Below the pieces are notes generated by a model that had not been told where the DNA came from, made no database searches, and worked only from the letters and a program-made list of their open reading frames with translations. This document shows positions 8,320 through 17,430 of a stretch of DNA of 40,102 nt, piece after piece. How positions within the stretch are numbered: the stretch's first letter is position 1; each line of letters starts with the position of its first letter. This stretch comes from Candidatus Zixiibacteriota bacterium. Its GTDB lineage: Bacteria; Zixibacteria; MSB-5A5; UBA10806; 4484-95. The stretch covers positions 1 to 40,102 of the forward strand of contig JAOZPT010000004.1 in the NCBI GenBank assembly GCA_029932605.1, read 5' to 3'. Both the position numbers and the translations under genes were made by a program.

Positions 8320-9348
8320 TCAATCGTTTAGTCTCAATATCAGTTTCCCGGTGCTTTCGCCTGATTGCTGATAGATATGGGCATCGGTAATATTATCTAA
8401 ACCGTAAACACGATTTATCTCTGGACGTATGAGACCTTCATCATACAACTTGAAAAGTTCATCTATCACCATTTTTATTTCCTTCGTATTTTTTAATAGT
8501 CTGTTTAATGCCAGGCCAAAAAGGCCATGATTGTTCTGTATCAGATCCAATGTTTTTATTTTTGGAATAGTCATAAATTTCCATAAAAGCCTAAATATGT
8601 TTTTCCTTCCCCCGGCGACCAAATCGGTCACACCATAACAAATTATCCGTCCGCCCGGAGACAGCAATCGCAAGTTTTTTTTAAAAGTTGGGCCACCAAC
8701 CGGATCGAGAACCATATCTACGCCATGGCCACCTGTAATTTTATTAACCGCATCTGCAAAATTCTCTTTTTTATAGTTAATTGGGTGGTGAACGCCCTGT
8801 TTTATGAGGTAACCGATTTTTGAATCAGACGATGTTGTCCCGAATATTTCCGCATTCTTTGTTAACGCAAGTTGAACTGCGGCAGTACCCACACCCCCAG
8901 CACAGGAGTGAATCAGAACTGATTCCTTTTGCCTTAAGTTGCCAAGCCTGAATAGTGCATAATAGGCGGTGAGATAATTGACCGGAATGGCTGCTGCTTG
9001 CTCAAAACTCATGCTATTGGGGATTGGAAATAGTTGGTCTTCCTTTACCGCGATATATTGAGCCTGTGCCCCAAAAAGTGTCAACCCCAGAACCTTATCA
9101 GATGGCTTTATGTGGGTGGTCTTTTGGGTTTTTTCAACTGTACCGGCAAACTCATAACCCGGGACAAATGGAAATTTTGGGGCATCGGGATAAAGACCGC
9201 TTCTAGCAATAACATCGGCGTAATTAATACCCGCAGCGTGAACCCTAACAAGGGCCTGGTTATCCATTAATTGAGGCAAGAGTTTTTCCTTTACCTGAAC
9301 AACACCGGGCCCACCAGGTTTGGTGATAAAAACAGCTAACATTGTCAA
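8320..9348 (-). CDS. Medium-chain dehydrogenase/reductase, NADPH:quinone oxidoreductase / VAT-1-like
   Basis: AAGINYAD, PGYEFAG, NYLTAY, HSCAGGVG, TGKLIL; TTG start uncertain (ATG two codons later). Confidence 0.88.
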   Translation of the reverse strand: MTMLAVFITKPGGPGVVQVKEKLLPQLMDNQALVRVHAAGINYADVIARSGLYPDAPKFPFVPGYEFAGTVEKTQKTTHIKPSDKVLGLTLFGAQAQYIAVKEDQLFPIPNSMSFEQAAAIPVNYLTAYYALFRLGNLRQKESVLIHSCAGGVGTAAVQLALTKNAEIFGTTSSDSKIGYLIKQGVHHPINYKKENFADAVNKITGGHGVDMVLDPVGGPTFKKNLRLLSPGGRIICYGVTDLVAGGRKNIFRLLWKFMTIPKIKTLDLIQNNHGLFGLALNRLLKNTKEIKMVIDELFKLYDEGLIRPEINRVYGLDNITDAHIYQQSGESTGKLILRLND

Positions 9349-9351
9349 AGA

Positions 9352-10287
9352 TCAATCAAACAGGGTCGAGACCGACCGTTCTGCATGTATTCTCAAGATG
9401 GCCTCGCCAAGCAGTTCGGCCACCGAAAGGATTACGAATTTATCTGGAAGATTTTTGGATTTCTGGTCTAACGTATCGGTAATATAAATTTTCGTAATCG
9501 GGCTTTTCACCAGTTTCTCAATTGCGTCATCGGATAAGACACCATGGGTACAGCAGGCTATTATCGATTTTGCTCCATTTTGAGCCAGTGCCTCAGCTGC
9601 CTTTATCAGGGTGCCGGCAGTATCGACCATATCGTCTCTGATAATGACATTTTTATTCTTTACGTCACCGATGATATTCATCACCTCTGATTGATTTGGT
9701 TGAGGGCGACGTTTATCTATTATAGCTAATGTAGTGTTGAGCTTGGTGGCAAATGCCCTGGCGATCTTAATCGAGCCAACATCAGGACAGACTACTACTA
9801 CGTTGTCCAGGCCAGCTTTCAAAAAATGGCGGTTAAATATACGGGCGGAGTACAGGTGATCAGAGGGAACATCAAAAAATCCCTGAATCTGAGAGGCATG
9901 TAGGTCCATTAAAATTACTCTGTCGGCACCGGAGGTAGTTATCATATTGGCAATAAGCTTTGAGACAATAGAGACACGTGGTTGGTCTTTGCGGTCGGCA
10001 CGGGCATATCCAAAATAAGGGATAACCGCAGTGATCCGACGGGCTGAGGCTCGTCGGGCAGCGTCTATCATGATTAAAAGCTCAAGGAGATTATCAGATG
10101 GTGTATTAGTGGATTGGATTATGAAGACATCCATACCACGGATATTCTCATCTATCTTAACGAAAATCTCGTTGTCGGAAAATCGTGTGACCACGCAGGC
10201 GGAGATTGGTTGATGAATATAGCTGGCGATTTTGTTTGCTAAAGGTCGATTTGAATTCCCTGAAAAAATTCTTATTTCGTCAGGCAC
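9352..10287 (-). CDS. prs: Ribose-phosphate pyrophosphokinase
   Basis: FSDNEIFV, IPYFGYARADRK, DLHASQIQGFF, DDMVDTAGTL. Confidence 0.97.
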   Translation of the reverse strand: MPDEIRIFSGNSNRPLANKIASYIHQPISACVVTRFSDNEIFVKIDENIRGMDVFIIQSTNTPSDNLLELLIMIDAARRASARRITAVIPYFGYARADRKDQPRVSIVSKLIANMITTSGADRVILMDLHASQIQGFFDVPSDHLYSARIFNRHFLKAGLDNVVVVCPDVGSIKIARAFATKLNTTLAIIDKRRPQPNQSEVMNIIGDVKNKNVIIRDDMVDTAGTLIKAAEALAQNGAKSIIACCTHGVLSDDAIEKLVKSPITKIYITDTLDQKSKNLPDKFVILSVAELLGEAILRIHAERSVSTLFD

Positions 10288-10317
10288 GTTAAACCTCGTT
10301 TTTAAAATTGACCTAAA

Positions 10318-10389
10318 CTGGGGCGCCAGGATTCGAACCTGGGAATGCCAGCTCCAAAGGCTGGTGACTTACCACTTGTCGACGCCCCA
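10318..10389 (-). tRNA. tRNA-Gln (anticodon TTG), CCA not encoded
   Basis: TGGGGCG/CGCCCCA acceptor stem, anticodon arm CCAGC-CTTTGGA-GCTGG, T arm CCAGG-TTCGAAT-CCTGG, discriminator G; classical position upstream of prs. Confidence 0.97.
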
Positions 10390-10406
10390 TGTTACTAAAG
10401 GTAAAG

Positions 10407-10434
10407 ATAATAAAACAATTTGAATAATTGTCAA
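10407..10434 (-). promoter_or_regulatory. Sigma70-type promoter for tRNA-Gln/prs operon
   Basis: TTGACA-N16-TATTAT ending 17 nt before the tRNA 5' end. Confidence 0.55.
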
Positions 10435-10534
10435 GGATAAACAAGGAGTAGTTTCACTATAGATCTATCGGCAAAAATTGAAATTTTTACGCTTGACAAG
10501 CAATTTAATTTTATGATAGTAAAATGCTTTCAGA

Positions 10535-11659
10535 ATGAAATTATATCTGGGATTGGGCACCGGTGAAATTTTTCCCGGTAAAGCTGTTGGTTATAGTGAG
10601 GAAACGTTTGGAGAGGTTATATTATACTGCTCGAAAAAGTTTCATCATGAGATACTGACCGACCCGGTGTATTTTGGAAGGATTGTTGTTTCCGACTCGC
10701 CCGCCGTAGACAATCGCCAACCCATGTTTTGGGAAATAGAGTCGTATTCGCCTCATCTTAACGGTTTGGTTATCCTTGGGAAATTAAGAAAAATTCCTCT
10801 CCAGAACAAATCCGATGATTTAAAAGAATATTTAGCCGTAAACTCAATCACTGGTTTTAAACCAGAGCAACCTGAAAAACTCAAGATGGTGTTGCAGAAA
10901 CGTGGCCTGGTTTTTGGTGCCATATCTTTTAGCCCAAACAGGGTGAAAAAAATGTTATCAAGAGGGGGTTTTTCGAAAAGGACATTCAACAAGGTAAAGG
11001 ACCCGATTAAAGCCTTATCGACACCGCTTGAATTCTATTGGGATTTTAACGGTAATCATATTGAAAAGAGATATATCGTTGTAGCATATGATCTTGGTTT
11101 ACCATATTCGATATTGCGTAATTTGAGCCGTTTTGGTTGCGATATAAGAGTGGTTCCGGCAGACGTCCCCCCGGAGGAGGTAATAGCCCTCAAACCTGAG
11201 GGTATCCTTCTGGCAGGAGGACCGGGGAATCCCGATGATATGGGCTACGCCGTGAACAACATCGCCCGCCTGTTAGGCCTTCGGCCGATACTGGCTACCG
11301 GACTGGGACATAACCTTTTGGCTCTCTCAATCGGTGCCAAACTCGAACGCTTAAAAAATCCACATTTCGGAAGCGATATTAAGGTTGAAAGGGAAACATG
11401 GTGCAATGGCATTCCCGGGAAAAACGGATACAGAACAAACCAAACTCACGGTATCGGTGTTAACAGGCTTTCGGTGGAACAGGCTGGCTTTAAGGTGACG
11501 CTTGTCAACCCCGAGGATGGTAGCGTTGAGGGATATGACAATGAGGATTACCTTGTCCAATCGTATGCTTTCTCATTAGGCAAACGTGATTATTTCACAT
11601 CATCATGTATCAGGCGGTTTATCGATTGTATGGAATCTCACCGGGCCAGAAGAAATTAA
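10535..11659 (+). CDS. carA: Carbamoyl-phosphate synthase small subunit homologue, predicted glutaminase-inactive
   Basis: EILTDPVYFGRIV, VVAYDLG, PEGILLAGGPGNP, LGH, HFG, NQTHG, VNPEDGSVEG match CarA layout; ICLGHQ reads TGLGHN and the HPE motif is absent. Confidence 0.8.
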   Translation: MKLYLGLGTGEIFPGKAVGYSEETFGEVILYCSKKFHHEILTDPVYFGRIVVSDSPAVDNRQPMFWEIESYSPHLNGLVILGKLRKIPLQNKSDDLKEYLAVNSITGFKPEQPEKLKMVLQKRGLVFGAISFSPNRVKKMLSRGGFSKRTFNKVKDPIKALSTPLEFYWDFNGNHIEKRYIVVAYDLGLPYSILRNLSRFGCDIRVVPADVPPEEVIALKPEGILLAGGPGNPDDMGYAVNNIARLLGLRPILATGLGHNLLALSIGAKLERLKNPHFGSDIKVERETWCNGIPGKNGYRTNQTHGIGVNRLSVEQAGFKVTLVNPEDGSVEGYDNEDYLVQSYAFSLGKRDYFTSSCIRRFIDCMESHRARRN

Positions 11660-11763
11660 ATTTTCAACACAAATTAGATATTATTGAAGAAAAATGAAAA
11701 TAGATACATTATAAAAGTATTTTGTGATTGGCAGATGTCCTCATCTGCTTTCAGTTTTATAGA

Positions 11764-13113
11764 TTATTCTTGATCTTCTTCAGCCACTTTGCCTACATAT
11801 GCAAGCACATAGTTGCCTGTATCTAAAAAGTGCTGGGTTACCCACTGAACATCTTCAACAGTCACGTTGTCAATCCGCTCTTTGTAACCATCATCGTAAT
11901 CGTAATCCTCAATGATAAATTCGTAGTAGGCCATATTGAAGGCCTGGTTGATACAGCTCATATTACGCATCAGCATCGAGCCCCACAAGGAGTTGCGGGC
12001 TTTATCGAGTTCATTCTGCTCTATGGTTTCAGATTTGAGTTTTTCAATTTCAGCGATAATTCCGTTTTTAGCGATTTCGAAATTTTCATAGCCGGTTCCC
12101 ATGGAGCAGACATACCAGCCGAATTGTCCTAAGAAACGGACGCCTGCGCCCACCGAATAGGCAAGGCCCTGTTTTTCGCGAAGGTTTAATTTTAACCTTG
12201 ATGAAAGTATCTCCACTGCCAGAGCGATTGCCGGTGCATAATCAGATGACAGTCCGGGTACGATATTCCCCAGGTAAATATAAACCTGTTCTTTTTCCAT
12301 CGGTCGTTGCGTTTTTATAATCCCCGTTGTCTTGCTTGCTGGTGGCATTACAGGACTTTTTATGTTGTATGGCGACATCTTGCCAAACTTTTTCTTAATC
12401 CATTTCAGTACAGTCTTGGGCTTGACGTTGGAGACTACCGCCATAATCAGATTGCCAGGAGCATAATATCTTTTATGGTGAAGCATCAGGTCGTCGCGTG
12501 TAAACCCAGCAACACTCTGACGTGTGCCAAGCACCTTTGTGCTTAAGGGATGGTTATTAAACAGCTTTGAATAGTAAAGGTTTCTGCACACCTGATAGGT
12601 TGAGCCTGATTCCATTCCCAGTATCCCCATTACTTTATGCCTGGTTTTTTCCAGCTCATCCTCGGGGAAAATGGGATTGGCGATAATTTCATATAATATC
12701 TTGATTCCCTTTTTAGCGTATTCATCGATCGTTTCAAACCTGACGAAGCTGAAAGCCCTCCAGGTATACCTGTCATCATAGGGTATGTATGGCGAATCAT
12801 TGGTTTTAATCTGGGCACCGATATCATCAAGTTCAGCCTGTATTTCATCAGCTGTCTTATCCTTGGTGCCCTTGACAAGCATGCGGTTGACAAAATCAGT
12901 AATTCCCTCCTGACCCGGCTTTTCCCAGGCGGCTCGATTTTTACCTAATATGTCTATTGCAAAGACACGTGAGTCCGGGTTGTGCTTGATTATAACCGTA
13001 AGGCCATTGGGTAAAACCTCATGAATGTATTCTGGAGAGTTATCAGCCATTAATTGATGTCCGAACACTATGGTTGTCGCTATCACAGTTATTAAAATGA
13101 TAATTTTATGCAT
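11764..13113 (-). CDS. Secreted M16 family peptidase, non-catalytic subunit
   Basis: Signal peptide, LPNGLTV, DFVNR in place of HXXEH, SRL..NLREKQGLAYSV. Confidence 0.85.
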   Translation of the reverse strand: MHKIIILITVIATTIVFGHQLMADNSPEYIHEVLPNGLTVIIKHNPDSRVFAIDILGKNRAAWEKPGQEGITDFVNRMLVKGTKDKTADEIQAELDDIGAQIKTNDSPYIPYDDRYTWRAFSFVRFETIDEYAKKGIKILYEIIANPIFPEDELEKTRHKVMGILGMESGSTYQVCRNLYYSKLFNNHPLSTKVLGTRQSVAGFTRDDLMLHHKRYYAPGNLIMAVVSNVKPKTVLKWIKKKFGKMSPYNIKSPVMPPASKTTGIIKTQRPMEKEQVYIYLGNIVPGLSSDYAPAIALAVEILSSRLKLNLREKQGLAYSVGAGVRFLGQFGWYVCSMGTGYENFEIAKNGIIAEIEKLKSETIEQNELDKARNSLWGSMLMRNMSCINQAFNMAYYEFIIEDYDYDDGYKERIDNVTVEDVQWVTQHFLDTGNYVLAYVGKVAEEDQE

Positions 13114-14427
13114 TTAATTTTCCTCCTGAATTGGTGGGACCATAGCCATTGCCAGATACTTCCGCTGACTAAAGTATTTTCCAGCCGCTTTTTGGATGTC
13201 TTGAGGTTTCACCCGACTTAAATTTTGCACGTATCTTAAGATGAAGTTATAGCCGCAATTGACTAACTTTGGTGCCTGAATCACACCGTAATAATGAAGT
13301 TTTTCCTCGAGATATATCTGGTCTGTTTTATTTTTGACCACTATTCTCTTTAACTGTTTTTTATCAATCGGCAGGTTGCTTGCATCGGTAAAAAAACGGC
13401 TGACTAGTGTCACGATCCGTTCAACTTTACGGGGGTCATTGGTATTGGCCGAAAAATGCAGTAGTGAAAAATCATGCTGGGTTTCTAAATATATAGACAT
13501 GGAGGTTATAAGGGGATCGTCACCTTTGGTAAGAACCTTGTATAAGGGCGAGGTTTCACCAGCATCCAATATCTGGCAGAGAACATCGATGCTGTAATAA
13601 TCGGGGTCTTCGTAACGGGGAGCAGGGAAAACTATATGGACATATGTTACATCGGTAGGGAATTCCTTGATATATATTTTTTTGCTATATGGAGGATTAA
13701 TCTTGTATGTAGGTTGTTTGGGAAGTTTCCCTGGCGGATAAATGCCATAATATTTATCAATAAGCCTTGCGAACGCGTCAGCCTGAAAGTCACCTATGAA
13801 TAGGGCAATCATGTTATTTGGCACATACCTTTCCTTGTAATACGCCCAAACCTTTTCTCTGGGAATGGAGGCGATGATATCCTTATATCCCAGGACCGTC
13901 TGAGTATACGGAGTGCCTTGATAAATTAAGGAATCAAAGAACATTTCGGCTCGGTATTCAGGGTCATCGTTGTTCATCTTGATTTCCTCGATAACGATTT
14001 TACGCTCTTTGGGAAATTCCTCTTCGGGCAGTGTGGAATTAAAAAGCTGATCGGCCTGGGCATCCAGAGCATATTCGACAAACTTCGAGGGGATAACAAA
14101 AAGATATCCCGTGAGGTCTTTGCGTGTAAAAGCATTGATATAGCCACCATGTTCTTTAAAACCTTCGTTGAGCTCCAAACGGCTGCGGTTTTTTGTGCCG
14201 TTAAAAAGCAGGTGCTCTAAAAAATGAGTGAAACCGTTATTCGACTGGTCCTCAAATTTGCTTCCAGCGCGAACACAAACTATGGATGATACCATGGCAG
14301 TAGAGTGATTTTCCTTCAAGATAACCACCATACCATTATCCAGTGTTAATTGCACTGTTTTGCCTGCCTGAAGCTGTAAATAGAAAATCATAAGCATGAT
14401 AATTGATATCAATAGGTATTTTCTCAT
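13114..14427 (-). CDS. Secreted M16 family zinc peptidase, catalytic subunit
   Basis: Signal peptide, HFLEH (HXXEH), NAFT, ERKIVIEE, YVPNNM. Confidence 0.9.
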   Translation of the reverse strand: MRKYLLISIIMLMIFYLQLQAGKTVQLTLDNGMVVILKENHSTAMVSSIVCVRAGSKFEDQSNNGFTHFLEHLLFNGTKNRSRLELNEGFKEHGGYINAFTRKDLTGYLFVIPSKFVEYALDAQADQLFNSTLPEEEFPKERKIVIEEIKMNNDDPEYRAEMFFDSLIYQGTPYTQTVLGYKDIIASIPREKVWAYYKERYVPNNMIALFIGDFQADAFARLIDKYYGIYPPGKLPKQPTYKINPPYSKKIYIKEFPTDVTYVHIVFPAPRYEDPDYYSIDVLCQILDAGETSPLYKVLTKGDDPLITSMSIYLETQHDFSLLHFSANTNDPRKVERIVTLVSRFFTDASNLPIDKKQLKRIVVKNKTDQIYLEEKLHYYGVIQAPKLVNCGYNFILRYVQNLSRVKPQDIQKAAGKYFSQRKYLAMAMVPPIQEEN

Positions 14428-14649
14428 CGTTCCTCCATTTAATTTTCAAAAATATTTTAAGTAACGATAAAAACCTTGATATATTAATGTCAAGATATTT
14501 ATGGAATCAAAAAATTTAAGATAGTATTATAGCCAAAATAAACTTGACTAAAAGATAATAGTTATTTTTTATTCATATATGAATATCACCATTTTCAAAG
14601 TAGGTAAGTAAATATCGAAATCAATGTAAATAAATTTGAGGAGGCTTTA

Positions 14650-15594
14650 GTGAAAAACACTTCCAGGATTTTTTTAATCATAGCATTTCTTTTTGGCACT
14701 ATTCTGATTCTATATACGAGTTGTGGTAATAATAGCACGGAACCTGCACCATGTTACAGTATAACGGTTGAAACAAACGGTTCAGGCACGGTTGATATAC
14801 AACCTGATTCCGGCTGTTATCATAGTGGAACAAACGTTACTCTAACCGCCACTGCTGATGCCGGATGGAATTTTGATAATTGGTCCGGTGATATAACAGG
14901 TGAGGATAATCCCCTGATTGTAACCATAAGCGATACCGATATATCGGTTACTGCGGATTTTTCAGAAGCAGAATACACCTTGATAATTGACATTAATCCC
15001 GCTAACAGCGGTTCGGTAACAGTAAACCCTGACCAGGATGTTTACGGTTACAATGATACCATCTCATTGACCGCCCAACCCGATTCGGGGTACTATTTCG
15101 AAAGCTGGTCAGGCGATACGACAAGCAATGAAAACCCCTTAGGGTTAATAATCCTGAGTAATACTTCGGTTACTGCAAATTTTGAAGTTCAAAATGGACC
15201 AGAATCGGATACAGTAAGCATCAGCGGCACCGTGACCTGGCCCGAACATGACCTTTCTGAATATACCTATGCCTTTGCTGATACTGCCGGGGGACAATAT
15301 GTTTACCTTCTCGCCCAGACCGATGTGAATCCCGATGATGGAAGCTACACCTTAATTATTCCTGATGTTACGGACTCATTACAATTATATATCGAGGCTC
15401 AGGATGATGTAAACAATAGCCAACCATGGATCCCCGATGCCGGGGATGGCTGGGGATTTTTTGATGTTAACCAAAATGGCCAATGGGATACCAACGATTA
15501 CATCACTGTTTATCCTGGTGATAACATCACCGGAATAGATATTATTTTGGATTTATATCAAGGATTAAGAACAGCCGTTAAACTGAAACGCTAA
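14650..15594 (+). CDS. Lipoprotein with two InlB B-repeat-like (Flg_new-like) domains
   Basis: GGAGG RBS, GTG start, lipobox-like YTSC, two ~75-aa repeats with TLTA...G..F..WSGD....NPL...SVTA.F, acidic C-terminal domain. Confidence 0.75.
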   Translation: MKNTSRIFLIIAFLFGTILILYTSCGNNSTEPAPCYSITVETNGSGTVDIQPDSGCYHSGTNVTLTATADAGWNFDNWSGDITGEDNPLIVTISDTDISVTADFSEAEYTLIIDINPANSGSVTVNPDQDVYGYNDTISLTAQPDSGYYFESWSGDTTSNENPLGLIILSNTSVTANFEVQNGPESDTVSISGTVTWPEHDLSEYTYAFADTAGGQYVYLLAQTDVNPDDGSYTLIIPDVTDSLQLYIEAQDDVNNSQPWIPDAGDGWGFFDVNQNGQWDTNDYITVYPGDNITGIDIILDLYQGLRTAVKLKR

Positions 15595-15616
15595 CATTAT
15601 CTCATCAGCTGAGTTG

Positions 15617-15652
15617 AAAGCCCGGACTGATTATTTCTCGTCCGGGTTTTTT
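15617..15652 (+). terminator. Rho-independent terminator after lipoprotein gene
   Basis: GCCCGGAC / GTCCGGGT stem followed by T run. Confidence 0.8.
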
Positions 15653-15790
15653 AATTCTAATCGGAGAATCTCCCGGTTATTTTCATATACACATGTTAAA
15701 GTTTCGTTACACCTTTAGGTTCTTATGGTAGGGCAAGAGAGACCACCTTAAAAAGTAAAATATTGAGTTCTATGTGTAGTTACAACAACG

Positions 15791-15871
15791 GGCTTTGCGA
15801 GCAACTTGAAGCAATTTCGAAGGTTACATAGATCGTCTTGTTGTCAGCCACTGCGGATTCATCGCGATGAC
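15791..15871. repeat. Degenerate palindromic repeat of the GTCATTGCGAG...GAAGCAATC...TCGCAATGAC type
   Basis: TTGCGAG, GAAGCAAT and terminal TCGCGATGAC in the expected order in a convergent intergenic gap. Confidence 0.4.
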
Positions 15872-15936
15872 TGTAAAATTATACTTCCTAAAACAAACCC
15901 AAGAACAAGCCTTTAAATAAGATTTCTGTTTTAAAT

Positions 15937-17379
15937 CTATTTTTTCACTTCTTCCATCAGATACTTATGCATCGCCCGGGCAGCTATCTTACCGGCACCT
16001 GCTGCAAGAATAACTGTTGCCCCACCGGTAACGATATCCCCGCCAGCGTAAACAGCCTTGCGAGAGGTCTGCATTGTCTTTTCATCAACAACTATATTAC
16101 CCCATTTGTTTACCTCAAGGCCAGGGGTTGTCTTTTGTATAAGGGGATTTGAGGAATTGCCGATGGCCACCACTACGAGATCAACCTCCATTGTGAAGTT
16201 GCTACCCTTTATCGGAACGGGACGGCGCCGTCCTGAGGCATCCGGCTCGCCCAGCTGCATTTTAATACATTCCATCGCCTTAACCTTGCCATCATCATCA
16301 CCAATGAACTTTACTGGGTTAGTAAGCATATGAAACTGCACACCCTCTTCTTTGGCGTGATGTATCTCCTCTATCCGAGCAGGCATCTCCACCTCACTTC
16401 GACGATAAACTATATAAGCGTTATCGGCTCCCAATCGCAGAGCTGTCCGCACCGAATCCATAGCTGTGTTACCACCCCCTAAAACCGCTACATTTTTGCC
16501 ATGGATAATAGGAGTATCATAATCTGGGAATTCGAATGCACGCATCAAGTTCGAGCGGGTAAGGTATTCGTTAGCTGAATATATACCGATCAAGTTTTCA
16601 CCAGGGATACCCATAAAGTTTGGCAGACCAGCACCTGTGCCGATAAATATCGCATCATAACCGTTTTCAAACAACTCATCGATTGTATCCATCTTACCAA
16701 CTATAGTAGAGTTCTCAAACTTGACGCCCATTCTGGCTAAAAAGTCACACTCGGCTTGAACAACAGCTTTGGGAAGGCGGAACTCTGGAATACCATAAAC
16801 AAGCACACCTCCGGGTTTATGTAAGGCCTCAAAAATCGTAACATCGTGACCAAGTTTTACTAAATCACCGGCAACTGTAAGGCCTGCCGGCCCAGAACCA
16901 ACAACTGCCACCTTTCTACCGGTTGATGGAGCGATTTTGGGAAGCTCAACAAGATTGTTATCACGTTCATAATCGGCCACAAAGCGTTCAAGGTATCCGA
17001 TAGCTACAGGCTTACCTTTTTTCCCTTTACCTAATACACATTTCATCTCGCACTGTTCTTCCTGGGGGCAAACTCGTCCACATACAGCCGGAAGAGAGTT
17101 CGTCTCTTTAATCTTCCTTGCCGCGGCAGCATAATCCTTCTGCAAAATCAAGTCAATAAAACCCGGAATATCAACCTCTACCGGACAACCCGCCACACAC
17201 GGTTGATTCTTGCATTCCAAACATCGAGCCGCTTCGACCAATGCCTGCTCCTCAGAAAGTCCGAATGGTACCTCCTTAAAATTATGGATGCGCTCTTTTG
17301 GATCCTGCTGTGGCATCACCTGACGCGGGATTTTCATTCTCTCTTTTTTATCTATTTTTTCAATCACAATTCGCTCCAA
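15937..17379 (-). CDS. nfnB: NfnB/SudA-like large subunit of NADH-dependent ferredoxin:NADP+ oxidoreductase (usually annotated NADPH-dependent glutamate synthase GltA/GltD-like)
   Basis: RCLECKNQPCVAGCP, CGRVCPQEEQCE, GSGPAG, YGIPEFRLPK, GGGNTAMD, GGDIVTGGATVILA. Confidence 0.88.
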   Translation of the reverse strand: MERIVIEKIDKKERMKIPRQVMPQQDPKERIHNFKEVPFGLSEEQALVEAARCLECKNQPCVAGCPVEVDIPGFIDLILQKDYAAAARKIKETNSLPAVCGRVCPQEEQCEMKCVLGKGKKGKPVAIGYLERFVADYERDNNLVELPKIAPSTGRKVAVVGSGPAGLTVAGDLVKLGHDVTIFEALHKPGGVLVYGIPEFRLPKAVVQAECDFLARMGVKFENSTIVGKMDTIDELFENGYDAIFIGTGAGLPNFMGIPGENLIGIYSANEYLTRSNLMRAFEFPDYDTPIIHGKNVAVLGGGNTAMDSVRTALRLGADNAYIVYRRSEVEMPARIEEIHHAKEEGVQFHMLTNPVKFIGDDDGKVKAMECIKMQLGEPDASGRRRPVPIKGSNFTMEVDLVVVAIGNSSNPLIQKTTPGLEVNKWGNIVVDEKTMQTSRKAVYAGGDIVTGGATVILAAGAGKIAARAMHKYLMEEVKK

Positions 17380-17430
17380 AAATAACGGTATTAAAGGATA
17401 GTTTAATATTTTTGGCTTATCATCCCGATA

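Noticed and set aside
10318..10389. tRNA as an island integration site
   Set aside because: No duplicated tRNA 3' end noticed, and prs follows 30 nt downstream
10465..10491. GCCGATAG on minus strand as a third sigma28 promoter
   Set aside because: Nearest TAAA is 13 rather than 15 nt away, and a good sigma70 promoter already explains the tRNA
15937..17379. True glutamate synthase
   Set aside because: No gltB large subunit; paired with an NfnA/SudB-type gene, so NfnAB is the better call
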